From positions 62,001 to 126,000 of the IMG/VR virus record IMGVR_UViG_3300036770_004723: a stretch of 64,000 bases of DNA; one strand, written 5' to 3'. Each line of letters starts with the position of its first letter. Within the stretch, counting starts at the first letter, position 1. Under the pieces are notes generated by a model. It worked only from the letters and a program-made list of their open reading frames with translations, did no database searches and was not told the origin of the DNA. The position numbers and the translations under genes are program-made. This document shows positions 47,915 to 57,096 of this stretch, one piece after another.

Positions 47915-47991
47915 TGGTGGCCCCAACTGGACTTGAACCAGTGACCCATCGCTTATGAGGCAATCGCTCTAACCAACTGAGCTATGGGGCC
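47915..47991 (-). tRNA. tRNA with CAT anticodon, Ile2 (lysidine) type
   Basis: GGCCCCATAGCTCAGTTGGTTAGAGC...CTCATAA...GGTTCAAGTCCAG..GGGGCCACCA, closely resembles ileX. Confidence 0.9.
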
Positions 47992-48001
47992 ATACGAAAA
48001 C

Positions 48002-48331
48002 TTAAATCATTGTGATACAGCTTAAATGACTAACAATATTGTCATCTACATCAAGCTCTAAAAGAGGAATTTTCTTACCATTTAGTCTATTTACAGCTGA
48101 GGCATTTATTATTGTTTTACGTGCAGTTTCTGAAAGTTCTTTAAAAGACATACCTTTTAAAATAACCGATCCTATGTTTCTACCACGTACAGGATATAAA
48201 ACAGAATTTTTATTACAATCAACTACAATTAATTCAGCTGAATTGAATTTAGAGTCAACTGAATCTTCTGAAGATTCAGAATGAATCAACATCAAAGTTG
48301 TAGTTTTCATACAAATCCTTATAATGCTCAA
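48002..48331 (-). CDS. Hypothetical protein
   Basis: Likely start MKTTT (48310) with AAGGA SD. Confidence 0.6.
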   Translation of the reverse strand: MSIIRICMKTTTLMLIHSESSEDSVDSKFNSAELIVVDCNKNSVLYPVRGRNIGSVILKGMSFKELSETARKTIINASAVNRLNGKKIPLLELDVDDNIVSHLSCITMI

Positions 48332-48468
48332 CCTATAGCACTATAATCTTATTTAAGACTTAGGTGCCAGCTAGGTGCCATGATTAAATAAGATCTTAAT
48401 ACGTTTCAGTTTCATATCTTTATATTTACAGTTTTCGAAAAACAGCATTTTCAGAATTTAAGGCAATT

Positions 48469-48834
48469 TTAACCTTGACCGTCTTTAATAAGCGCTGTGA
48501 ATTTAGCCCTACCTGTAGAGTAAATTACAACTGCTGTTAAGGCGTGTTCTATAAACTCAATTTTATTGTCGTCGATTTCACCGTGATCCCATTTAACTGT
48601 ATTAAATTTAATATCGACTTTATTATCTTTGACTTCCAATTTTTCAATTTTTTCAGCAGTATATTCAAGATGTGCCTTGCCTTCATAAGTAGAAAGCTGA
48701 AAGGTTATAAATGAAAAGTTTTTTGGTAGAATGAAAACAACAGGTGTTGTTTCTACAATACATTCTACACTAGTATTCTGAACATTAGAGTCAATTACAC
48801 CGTTAGTTAAGTTGCCTAATAATAAAGCTTGCAT
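48469..48834 (-). CDS. Hypothetical beta-rich protein
   Basis: AGGA SD. Confidence 0.65.
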   Translation of the reverse strand: MQALLLGNLTNGVIDSNVQNTSVECIVETTPVVFILPKNFSFITFQLSTYEGKAHLEYTAEKIEKLEVKDNKVDIKFNTVKWDHGEIDDNKIEFIEHALTAVVIYSTGRAKFTALIKDGQG

Positions 48835-48899
48835 AAAGTTTTCCTACAGTAGGCTGTGTGTTATTAAATTACAACACACAGCTTATTTACCGAAAGTTT

Positions 48900-49334
48900 T
48901 TAACTAGATTTTTTACGTTGCTTTGATACAGCAGTTTCTTCTTTAGTAGCAGTTGTTTCTTCTTTCTCAGTATTTACAGTTTCGCCTTTTGTAGAATCTA
49001 CCTCACGGCTACGGCTTACATGAATATAAGCGTTAACGCTCTTATTAATTTTTGCGAGTCTAGCATTAAGCTGTACCATGTAACTTTGGATACTTTGAGA
49101 AAGAGCATCACGCATATTAATCAAAGTATCCAAATGATCGATTAAACTATCAACGAACAAATCTGATAGTTCTGTACGTAGTAACGTTTCGGCTTCTACA
49201 TACAGACAGTCAGTTGGTGCCACAGAGAACTTAGACTTAGCGTATAAAATTAAGTCTTCAATTTGAACTTTAACACATTTAATTGAATCTAAAATTTCGT
49301 CGTCGGTAAAAGGTTGTTCTATTTTTTGTAACAT
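48900..49334 (-). CDS. Hypothetical protein
   Basis: GGAG SD before MLQKIEQ. Confidence 0.65.
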   Translation of the reverse strand: MLQKIEQPFTDDEILDSIKCVKVQIEDLILYAKSKFSVAPTDCLYVEAETLLRTELSDLFVDSLIDHLDTLINMRDALSQSIQSYMVQLNARLAKINKSVNAYIHVSRSREVDSTKGETVNTEKEETTATKEETAVSKQRKKSS

Positions 49335-49359
49335 GTGAGATTCTCCATTGTAAAGAAAA

Positions 49360-50172
49360 CTAGAATAAAGAAGGAATTTTCTGAATATCAGGCAATGCGA
49401 TAATTGCTTTAGACCACATTTCAAGATCTTCAAAATACTTGTCTTTGATCTCTTGCTGGGTAAACCAACCAATCAAATTTAACTGATCTTCAATAACAAG
49501 TTCTTCTACGTTTTTTACTTCTACACGGTAGACTAATGCCAGATGTCGCTTATCAACTTCATTGGCATTACTTACAATAATTGCGTGGTCACGCAAACCA
49601 TATTGTCTGACTACTTCTTGATCATAGTCGAGATCTTCAAATGAAGTTTCAGTAACAATATTGCTGTCTCTTAATTTAAATTCTTCAGCTAATTCACGAA
49701 GCGCACTTGAAATTAAAGTAGAAACTAAATCAATAGAGTCTTTTTCATAAAGACTTCCTTGAACACTTAGTTCCTCACCAAAATAAGCACATTCACTTAA
49801 TTCAATATGACCACCAAAACCAATACTTAGTTTTCCATGCAGCTCAGCCTCAGTTCCTTTCGGTGTTCTTGAATATAAAGCAATTTTACCCTTTGACGTA
49901 ACTGGCATGTATGGAATGAAATGCCGATGTTGAATCTTTTGAAAACGATTTTTAGAGTCATCCAACAACTCTCTACTTGCACCAAACATATAAATTGGAT
50001 TAAATAGGTCTCTAAAGCTTTCATTAGAAAAAAAGATATTTGTAGGAATAAAGGCACCGTCTTTATCACTAAGTAAAGGTGAAACTTTACATTTGGTAAC
50101 AGATTCAATATAATAATTAAGTCCACGATCAAAAGATTGATCCAAAGTACCTAAGATTAATTCGGTTCTCAT
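49360..50172 (-). CDS. NUDIX-family hydrolase/phosphoesterase
   Basis: LHGKLSIGFGGHI, SALRELAEE, HLALVY, LEMWS. Confidence 0.85.
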   Translation of the reverse strand: MRTELILGTLDQSFDRGLNYYIESVTKCKVSPLLSDKDGAFIPTNIFFSNESFRDLFNPIYMFGASRELLDDSKNRFQKIQHRHFIPYMPVTSKGKIALYSRTPKGTEAELHGKLSIGFGGHIELSECAYFGEELSVQGSLYEKDSIDLVSTLISSALRELAEEFKLRDSNIVTETSFEDLDYDQEVVRQYGLRDHAIIVSNANEVDKRHLALVYRVEVKNVEELVIEDQLNLIGWFTQQEIKDKYFEDLEMWSKAIIALPDIQKIPSLF

Positions 50173-50174
50173 GG

Positions 50175-50516
50175 CTATGCCTTAATTGCGTATGTTTCAT
50201 CTGAAGCAGATTCTTCATCTACATCTGAATTTACAGTTTGATCAGCAGCAGAAAGATCTGTTGTAGGAATATCTGCATTGTTATTTACAGCACCGTAAGC
50301 ATAAACAGGATCTTGTGGTGACATAGAATCTAACGAAGCTTTAATAGCATGAACAGTTGAAATAACTGCGAGTGCAGAGTTTTCCCAAGCTTGAATAACT
50401 TCAGGTCTTTGTTGATCATACTGAGGTAAGGCAGCACCCGTATAAACTGATTTCCACTCTGTAGATTCACAATATGCGTTATATGCAATGTTACCTAAAG
50501 ATAAAGTTGTGTTCAT
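50175..50516 (-). CDS. Hypothetical protein
   Basis: Coupled ORF. Confidence 0.65.
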   Translation of the reverse strand: MNTTLSLGNIAYNAYCESTEWKSVYTGAALPQYDQQRPEVIQAWENSALAVISTVHAIKASLDSMSPQDPVYAYGAVNNNADIPTTDLSAADQTVNSDVDEESASDETYAIKA

Positions 50517-50812
50517 TATTTTTCCTTAACAGATTTAAGTTGCTGACTGTAAAGTTCGTCGGATTTAATATCAAAAGCTTTTATGATTGATTTTACGACC
50601 AAAATCCATAACGAACGTCTATTAAGAAATTGCTCGTTAGGATATTCTAGTTGTGCCTGCATTACAATTTTATTTGATTGCTGGGATTCACAATTACTAA
50701 ATGTGACTGTGTTTATAAATTTAGGTGAATTTTTTATTGTTGGGTCTACATGTACAGAAAATTTAATCTCAAACTTAGATCCACAAAAAGAATCAGACAT
50801 AAATTTCTCCAA
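50516..50812 (-). CDS. Hypothetical protein
   Basis: Coupled ORF; likely start MSDSF. Confidence 0.6.
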   Translation of the reverse strand: MEKFMSDSFCGSKFEIKFSVHVDPTIKNSPKFINTVTFSNCESQQSNKIVMQAQLEYPNEQFLNRRSLWILVVKSIIKAFDIKSDELYSQQLKSVKEK

Positions 50813-50841
50813 ACTAAAACATCCATGTTCAGTATAATTAT

Positions 50842-52335
50842 TTAATCATCGTCGCCTACGATCTTGTCTTTACTGCGTTTAACAATTTGATCTTTGAATC
50901 GTTGGGTGCCTTTACCACTTTCACAATGTTTAGCGCACCATGCACGAATATTACCAGCCTTCTTAAGACCTGCACGTTCACAAACTTCAGTGATCTGTTT
51001 TTTGTTACCTAAAACCAAGACCTTAAAGTCATCGTAGCTTAGTTTTTTAGCTCCATGTAAAGGTACATCAGGATGAAACTTAAGATTGTTTCTAGTGCCG
51101 TCAATGTAACCTAGCTGTTTAAGATATTCGAACGTATCAAAAACAGGATCAAAACCACGGGCTTGGCCATTACCATCACTTACCCAAACACGCGCCCATA
51201 CTTCTCTGTTAGGAATACCACCTAGTTTATTTTTGGTAGTACGTAAACAAATAAAACGATAAATATCTTTGCCGTCAGGCACTGTAACAGAACTTTCTTC
51301 CATTATGCCTTTATCAAGAACGAATCCGTAAGGCGCAGATCCACGAGAAGTAGATTTTATCCTCACGTCGCTGAAAAATTTTAAACTTTCTCCGCAACTT
51401 TCATACTCAGGATTTCCGTGCATAACAGCAGGACGTAAACGTAATTGGTTTACACCAAAAACAGTCATACGTTTTTTACGCATACCCGATCTGATTTTCT
51501 TAATACCTGTACTAAACATACGTGCTTGTTCGGCCATAGCATCATTGCGATCATCGTCATCTAGACCTTCAGGAAGCATTGCAGGATAACTATCAACGAT
51601 TGATACTGCTTGCATAAAACCGTCAGGGGCAGGAATGCGAATTTTATTTGTTTTAGTCAAATATTTAGTATCGTATAAGCCTGCAAGTTTTTTCTTATTT
51701 TCTTGTGTATGTTCGTAGATATACCAATACTGATCGCCAATTTTTTGTACATCAGGAAGGGCACGACGAAGTTTTGCTTGATATCTAAAAAAGTCTTCTC
51801 CGACATCAGGCATGTAATACCTGATTTTAGGTTTTACCAGCCAAGATCCTGTATCATCGTCTTTGATACCAAAGATTGTACTAGCATCAGATTTTAATCC
51901 AAGTGCTTCCATCATATTACTGATATACTCAATATCAGTAGATCCTTCGTAGTCGAAAATACTTGCTGCCATTTTTCTGTTTAATTCATCAATTGCGTTC
52001 TGAATCATACAAAGCAACGTCATAGTCAAAGTCGATTTACAACTTTGTTCACCACCATAAATGGTATACCAACCACCACCAACAATGCCGCCGTTAAGAA
52101 GTAAATCAAGAGCCAAAAGCCCTGTGGATAATCTTTTTTCATCTCGATCTACCAAACTACTGGATAAGCCATATTTCTTTTCAATTGAATCCAAAAGATC
52201 ATCAATATCTTCCGAAGGTGAATAAGTTTTGGCTCTTACAATAGCTTCATCTACGATTTCTTTAGATGATTTTTTTGTTTTCTTTTCAACTACAACAATT
52301 TCATCATCAACATTAAGTTTTTTCTTTTTGGCCAT
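50842..52335 (-). CDS. recA: RecA/UvsX-like recombinase
   Basis: STGLLALDLLL.GG, GGEQSCKST, IVDS, QARMFS, VNQLR, GESLKFFSDVRI, KNKL. Confidence 0.92.
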   Translation of the reverse strand: MAKKKKLNVDDEIVVVEKKTKKSSKEIVDEAIVRAKTYSPSEDIDDLLDSIEKKYGLSSSLVDRDEKRLSTGLLALDLLLNGGIVGGGWYTIYGGEQSCKSTLTMTLLCMIQNAIDELNRKMAASIFDYEGSTDIEYISNMMEALGLKSDASTIFGIKDDDTGSWLVKPKIRYYMPDVGEDFFRYQAKLRRALPDVQKIGDQYWYIYEHTQENKKKLAGLYDTKYLTKTNKIRIPAPDGFMQAVSIVDSYPAMLPEGLDDDDRNDAMAEQARMFSTGIKKIRSGMRKKRMTVFGVNQLRLRPAVMHGNPEYESCGESLKFFSDVRIKSTSRGSAPYGFVLDKGIMEESSVTVPDGKDIYRFICLRTTKNKLGGIPNREVWARVWVSDGNGQARGFDPVFDTFEYLKQLGYIDGTRNNLKFHPDVPLHGAKKLSYDDFKVLVLGNKKQITEVCERAGLKKAGNIRAWCAKHCESGKGTQRFKDQIVKRSKDKIVGDDD

Positions 52336-52454
52336 GAATCAAATGCTCAAAGTTATTGTGGCCTATCGAATAGGCCACATTTAAAACAAACTATCATTAC
52401 CTAAATAGGTATCATAGTCGTAATCTTGATACGTAGTTATTACACCACTACATT

Positions 52455-53519
52455 TTACTTCTTTGCTTTTTTCTTTAATGGCTTTTTCAGATCAGATTTC
52501 TTCTTAAGAGGTTTTTTAGGTTTTTTCTTACCTAAAGAGTCGTCGTCATCGTTGTCGATTTTAGATTTCTTCTTAAGAGGTTTTTTAGATTTTTTCTTAC
52601 CTAAAGAGTCGTCATCGTCGTCATCGTCATCGTCGTCATCGTCGTCGTCATCGTCGTTGTCGATTTTAGATTTCTTCTTAAGAGGTTTTTTAGATTTTTT
52701 CTTACCTAAAGAATCATCATCGTCTTCATCGTCTTCAATATCGGTCCCACCAATAATGTCCATCTTTTTAAAATCTTCATCGGCTTCTTTTTGAGATTTA
52801 ACTCCCAATTTCTCTATTAAGCTAGAGCTTAGATCCCATACCAGATATTGTTTTTCTTCTTCTGTCAGTGGACTATGTTCTCCACGATCTATACTATACT
52901 TGTCGCCGCCACTTTTGGAATTATCAAAAGAGATAGCAATATCAATACCGAACTTATCGTGAGTGACAGGGAAAGGTTTCTTTTCACCTGATTTTTTATC
53001 TTTATGTACGTTACGTTTTTCTAATTTCTGGATTTTCTCAGCTAAACTTCCAGGAAGTGAAACTACTTTAACAGGCGACCATGTTTTGCTTCCCATCTGA
53101 ATAAAGCCAGTTTTCTTTTCTTCAGAACTGAGTTTTTGCTTTAAAGCAGCTCGTGGCATGTCAGCTTGTAGATCACGTACAATGGCATTTGCATAATATT
53201 TTACACTGGTCTGGCAGGCACCATCTTCACCTTGAGATAATTCACAGTAAGGGCATTTTACACCTTTTAAAGGAACTTTTTCATTAGTTGGATCAAAGGC
53301 CACACACCAACGACTTACCTTGATCTCACGCTTGTCTTTTCCTCCACGGATTTTAATCCAATGTTGCTTTAGAGGTAAGATAGGTAGATTTAAAAAACGA
53401 AAATCACTGAAATCCCCGTTATCAGGAAACTTATGGATACCTAAAATTTCATCTAGGCGTCCTTCATCTTTGTATTTATTGTTACCTGATTTTGGATCGA
53501 TAGAGCCGAATCCCGACAT
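52455..53519 (-). CDS. Single-stranded DNA-binding protein (gp32-like) with block-charged tail
   Basis: FRFL, HW, CPYC, YYANAIVR, GIDIAI; located next to recA. Confidence 0.75.
   Translation of the reverse strand: MSGFGSIDPKSGNNKYKDEGRLDEILGIHKFPDNGDFSDFRFLNLPILPLKQHWIKIRGGKDKREIKVSRWCVAFDPTNEKVPLKGVKCPYCELSQGEDGACQTSVKYYANAIVRDLQADMPRAALKQKLSSEEKKTGFIQMGSKTWSPVKVVSLPGSLAEKIQKLEKRNVHKDKKSGEKKPFPVTHDKFGIDIAISFDNSKSGGDKYSIDRGEHSPLTEEEKQYLVWDLSSSLIEKLGVKSQKEADEDFKKMDIIGGTDIEDDEDDDDSLGKKKSKKPLKKKSKIDNDDDDDDDDDDDDDDDDSLGKKKSKKPLKKKSKIDNDDDDSLGKKKPKKPLKKKSDLKKPLKKKAKK
52490..52737. repeat. Coding repeat (Dn-SLGKKKSKKPLKKKSKID) x3
   Basis: Repeated gatttcttcttaagaggttttttag. Confidence 0.85.
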
Positions 53520-53550
53520 TGTTATTCTCCGAAAGGTTTATGAAGCTTCA

Positions 53551-54579
53551 TTATTTATTTACAGATTTCGTAGATTTAAGATTTTCCATTATCTTAAGTT
53601 CTTCGTTTGTAAATACTTCTGGTAAGTCTAAATACAATCGTGCCAATCCATGAGGATCTGCACGTTTTGCAAATAGATACAACATTCTTAGTTCGCTGTT
53701 CACAGCATATTCTTCATCTAGATCTTCAGTTTCAGCACTTAAAATTTCATGTAGTGTGCTATCACCATCTTCTTCACCTGAAGCTAAAAGATAATCCATT
53801 GATGTAGAAAAATTAACAGACGTTTTATTGTCTGACATTATCTTTTTCTGATTTTGTGGAATAGTATAAGCTATTCCGTACTCATGTTCGCTGCTGTTAC
53901 AAGTTAAACTATTTAACATCCAATATTTTATATAACTTGTTAGTGCGCCTTTACTGCTATCATATTTATTCAAGGCCACTACAACATTACGCATAAAATT
54001 TTGAACTACATCCCGATAATCGTATGTATTACCTGTGTTAGTATCACGTAAATGTTTTGCTTGCGTATGGGAAAGTTTTATGTATTGGTCTACAATACTT
54101 GAGAAGTAGTCATAAAATTGCTTTAATGGAACACTAGGTAAAGTAACTGAAACAAACATGTCTTGTATGGAATTAGATCCTACTTCTTTAACATAGGGAT
54201 CCATCCTTTCTTTGTAGGAAATTCTTTTGCTTGAATCCGACAAATAACAATAATAAAGATCTAAAAAAGGTTTTCTATACTCTTCTAAAAATTTTTTAAC
54301 AAAAACATGTATAAAGCTTCTTTCGATCTTTAATTTTTTTATTAACTCAAGTTTTTTAACTCTATCTGTTGTTATGATGGCTTGACTTAAGTGATCGATG
54401 GTTTCATTTCTATCTAGTGCGCAGAATCTTCGTTTTTTATTCTTTATTACAGCGGTTAAAAGGTAACAAAGCTGACTATCAAATACATCTGTGTGTAGCA
54501 CTATAGGTTCCAATGCTTTGTATAAGAAACTATCCATGATTTCTTGTATTTGACCGCCGGTAAGATTTTCTTTGGTCAT
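53551..54579 (-). CDS. Phage RNA polymerase sigma factor
   Basis: YRDVVQNFMRNVVVALNKYDSSKGALTSYIKYWM matches region 2; STSMD...STLHEIL matches region 3; region 4 not evident. Confidence 0.8.
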   Translation of the reverse strand: MTKENLTGGQIQEIMDSFLYKALEPIVLHTDVFDSQLCYLLTAVIKNKKRRFCALDRNETIDHLSQAIITTDRVKKLELIKKLKIERSFIHVFVKKFLEEYRKPFLDLYYCYLSDSSKRISYKERMDPYVKEVGSNSIQDMFVSVTLPSVPLKQFYDYFSSIVDQYIKLSHTQAKHLRDTNTGNTYDYRDVVQNFMRNVVVALNKYDSSKGALTSYIKYWMLNSLTCNSSEHEYGIAYTIPQNQKKIMSDNKTSVNFSTSMDYLLASGEEDGDSTLHEILSAETEDLDEEYAVNSELRMLYLFAKRADPHGLARLYLDLPEVFTNEELKIMENLKSTKSVNK

Positions 54580-54673
54580 AAGAAATTCCTTATAGCAAGT
54601 ATTAACCTATATTTACAGTTTTGTCATTTATACGAAAAAAGGCAGCCATAATAGGCCGCCTATTTAAACAATA

Positions 54674-55435
54674 CTAAATTTGTTTAAGGTGCGATATAAC
54701 TTTAGAAAGTAGCCATAAGGACTGATACATATTTGTCACACGGTCTGCATCTACTGAATTTGAGTCCAGTTTATCAAACTTTTCTACATGATTACGTAAA
54801 GCTTGGCATTCAGCATCCTCGTACTTTAAGTCTAAACCTGTATTCAAAATGAATAATTCAACAAGATCCTTTAAGGTAAAGGTCCCGCCAACAAATTCTT
54901 TAATCTTCTTAGATGTCTTGTTTTCACTCAACATAGAGAACATAACGTTAAATATGTTACGTGCTAAAGTTTCAGTATATGCAATAGTCTGCGTCTTTTT
55001 AAGAATTTGACCTACGTTTATAACTGCCTGTTCTTTAAGCTTATTTATTTCTTTAGATTGTACAGAAATTTGGTCGTTCAAACAATTACGTTCAGATTCC
55101 GAAGATTTATTTAAGATACTAATAACGTCTTCTAAATTAAAAACTCGTACTTGCTCTTGCAAGTACTGTTCTTTAAGCTGTTCCATTAGATTCCGTAAAG
55201 ACCTAGATATATTTTCTAGATTTTTATTTTCACCTAATAAGGTTCCTTTTTCGGCTTCTAATTTTTGTATAGTTTGTTTGGCTAATTGAAGTTCTTGAAC
55301 TAATCGATCGTTTTCAAGAGAAAGTTTTGTTATCAGATCATCTTCAGTCATATTTTTCTCAACAATTACATTTAGGTTTTTCTTTGTGAGGTACAGGTTT
55401 AGCAACGCTTTCAGCTTGACATATACTGCAAACAT
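54674..55435 (-). CDS. Coiled-coil protein
   Basis: Heptad pattern; likely start MTEDD (55351). Confidence 0.7.
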   Translation of the reverse strand: MFAVYVKLKALLNLYLTKKNLNVIVEKNMTEDDLITKLSLENDRLVQELQLAKQTIQKLEAEKGTLLGENKNLENISRSLRNLMEQLKEQYLQEQVRVFNLEDVISILNKSSESERNCLNDQISVQSKEINKLKEQAVINVGQILKKTQTIAYTETLARNIFNVMFSMLSENKTSKKIKEFVGGTFTLKDLVELFILNTGLDLKYEDAECQALRNHVEKFDKLDSNSVDADRVTNMYQSLWLLSKVISHLKQI

Positions 55436-55607
55436 TTACCCAACCATTTACCGTAACTTTAGTGGTACAATTTCTACAGGCGGTTTGAACATTATTAGTT
55501 TCTTGTACTTTACTATTCACATGTGATGCAGGTACAATAGATTTTAATATATTTACCGCAAATCGCTTAGCGCTTTCTCTTCGTTTTTCACAAGCAGAAC
55601 AAGACAT
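55359..55607 (-). CDS. Small Cys-rich zinc protein
   Basis: CSAC, CRNC, CSIC, CNC. Confidence 0.65.
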   Translation of the reverse strand: MSCSACEKRRESAKRFAVNILKSIVPASHVNSKVQETNNVQTACRNCTTKVTVNGWVNVCSICQAESVAKPVPHKEKPKCNC

Positions 55608-55608
55608 A

Positions 55609-56292
55609 TTACCATCCTTTGTCTGTTATTTCTTTGGTTATGGCGACCAAATGTTTGCACATGCCAGGTAAGTTATCAGGGTTAGTAAATGTTGCAGGAT
55701 CTCCATTACCATAAACTAGTTTACTTGCTCCATGAAGTGCGTTAGCATACTCCCAAGTAAATATGTAATTTTCACACGAACATGAAATCATTACTCTACG
55801 CTGTTTTGTTATAGGTTGATCTTGGCTATCAATACCTATAATATAAGCTTTATGGTCTCTTCTAGATTTATTAGGTCTGTAAGGATCTGCTGTGTATGTA
55901 ACTGCTTCTACGGCAGGTAATCCGCTTTTAGTTTTTTTACGGACAAGTTTTGAAACCACTACATCCATTGAATTATTTTTCATGAGTTTAGGTGTGGTTC
56001 TAAGCAATTGCTTTAAACTTAACCCTTTACGCATTAAAGAAGTTTCAGGTAACTGCTTTACCACGCTAGCTTGCCTGATTGGAACAACACGCATAACCCG
56101 TTGAGATGAATCCAGTTTATTCTGACGGGCTTTATCCTGTGAAGTTTTAACTGCACTGACTGAAGTTTTATTTTTACTGTAGGAAGCAAAAACTCTAATC
56201 TTTTTTTGGCGTTCCTCAAACATTTTTTTCGCCATAGATTTTAAATGACGCACACTAGATTTAATAGGTTTGTACATACTATACATCCTCAA
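55609..56292 (-). CDS. SWIM zinc-finger protein
   Basis: ISCSCENY...NP...GMCKHL. Confidence 0.8.
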   Translation of the reverse strand: MRMYSMYKPIKSSVRHLKSMAKKMFEERQKKIRVFASYSKNKTSVSAVKTSQDKARQNKLDSSQRVMRVVPIRQASVVKQLPETSLMRKGLSLKQLLRTTPKLMKNNSMDVVVSKLVRKKTKSGLPAVEAVTYTADPYRPNKSRRDHKAYIIGIDSQDQPITKQRRVMISCSCENYIFTWEYANALHGASKLVYGNGDPATFTNPDNLPGMCKHLVAITKEITDKGW

Positions 56293-56746
56293 ATTCAGTA
56301 GAGTCAGATTTCTCTTCAGAAGATTCTTCAGTAGATAATAAAGAATCTAAATCGTCACTTTCAGATTCTTCACCTGATTCTTCTGGTTTTTCAGAAATTT
56401 CTTCAGAAACTGCTTCATCTACTTCATTCTTATTTTTCTTTTTAACTAGGGGCTTGTCAATATCATCAAACGCCCACTCAGCAATAGTTGCTTTTTCTTT
56501 ATCTAGTTTCTTCTTTGTTTTAGTGTTTTCTTTTATATCTGAAATCAGCTTAAGTTCTAAATCTAGATTTTGTTTTTGGAGCCTTTGCTTTGTTCTCTTA
56601 CGTTCTAAACTAATTAGATCCTTTCTACCTTCAGGTACTTGCTGTGCAAAAGATTCATCACTTAATCTATGTGAATATTGAGAACTTTTGTTTGCTGATT
56701 CTGATACTATACTTTTTCTGCTCAAACATAAAAGCTTCTTTATCAT
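56279..56746 (-). CDS. Hypothetical protein, acidic tail
   Basis: Coupled ORF, GGAG SD. Confidence 0.65.
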   Translation of the reverse strand: MIKKLLCLSRKSIVSESANKSSQYSHRLSDESFAQQVPEGRKDLISLERKRTKQRLQKQNLDLELKLISDIKENTKTKKKLDKEKATIAEWAFDDIDKPLVKKKNKNEVDEAVSEEISEKPEESGEESESDDLDSLLSTEESSEEKSDSTEFEDV

Positions 56747-57087
56747 GTTAGTAGCTCCGTTAAAATTTTAAGCAATCGAGATACAACAATTTGTTTATTG
56801 TTTATATCTATACGTAGTTGATTTATCTGTTCACGACAGTTTGCCAACACTGGATGATCTATGTCATGCACTTTTTTTAATTTAGTGTAATGCTTTCTTA
56901 AAGAAGTTAGGTTAATTTTAAATTCGGACAAATACTCAAGGTTTACACGTAACAGATACGTATGTACGGCTAAACCTTGAGTATCGTATCTAGCTGTACG
57001 CAGTTTAATTAAAAATTCTGTAGGTATGTCATGCTTAGCCAATAATCTAAGATTGTCTTCATGTTTCTCTATTTTACTTTTATTCAT
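56743..57087 (-). CDS. Hypothetical protein
   Basis: Coupled ORF. Confidence 0.6.
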   Translation of the reverse strand: MNKSKIEKHEDNLRLLAKHDIPTEFLIKLRTARYDTQGLAVHTYLLRVNLEYLSEFKINLTSLRKHYTKLKKVHDIDHPVLANCREQINQLRIDINNKQIVVSRLLKILTELLT

Positions 57088-57096
57088 TTTTAAGTC

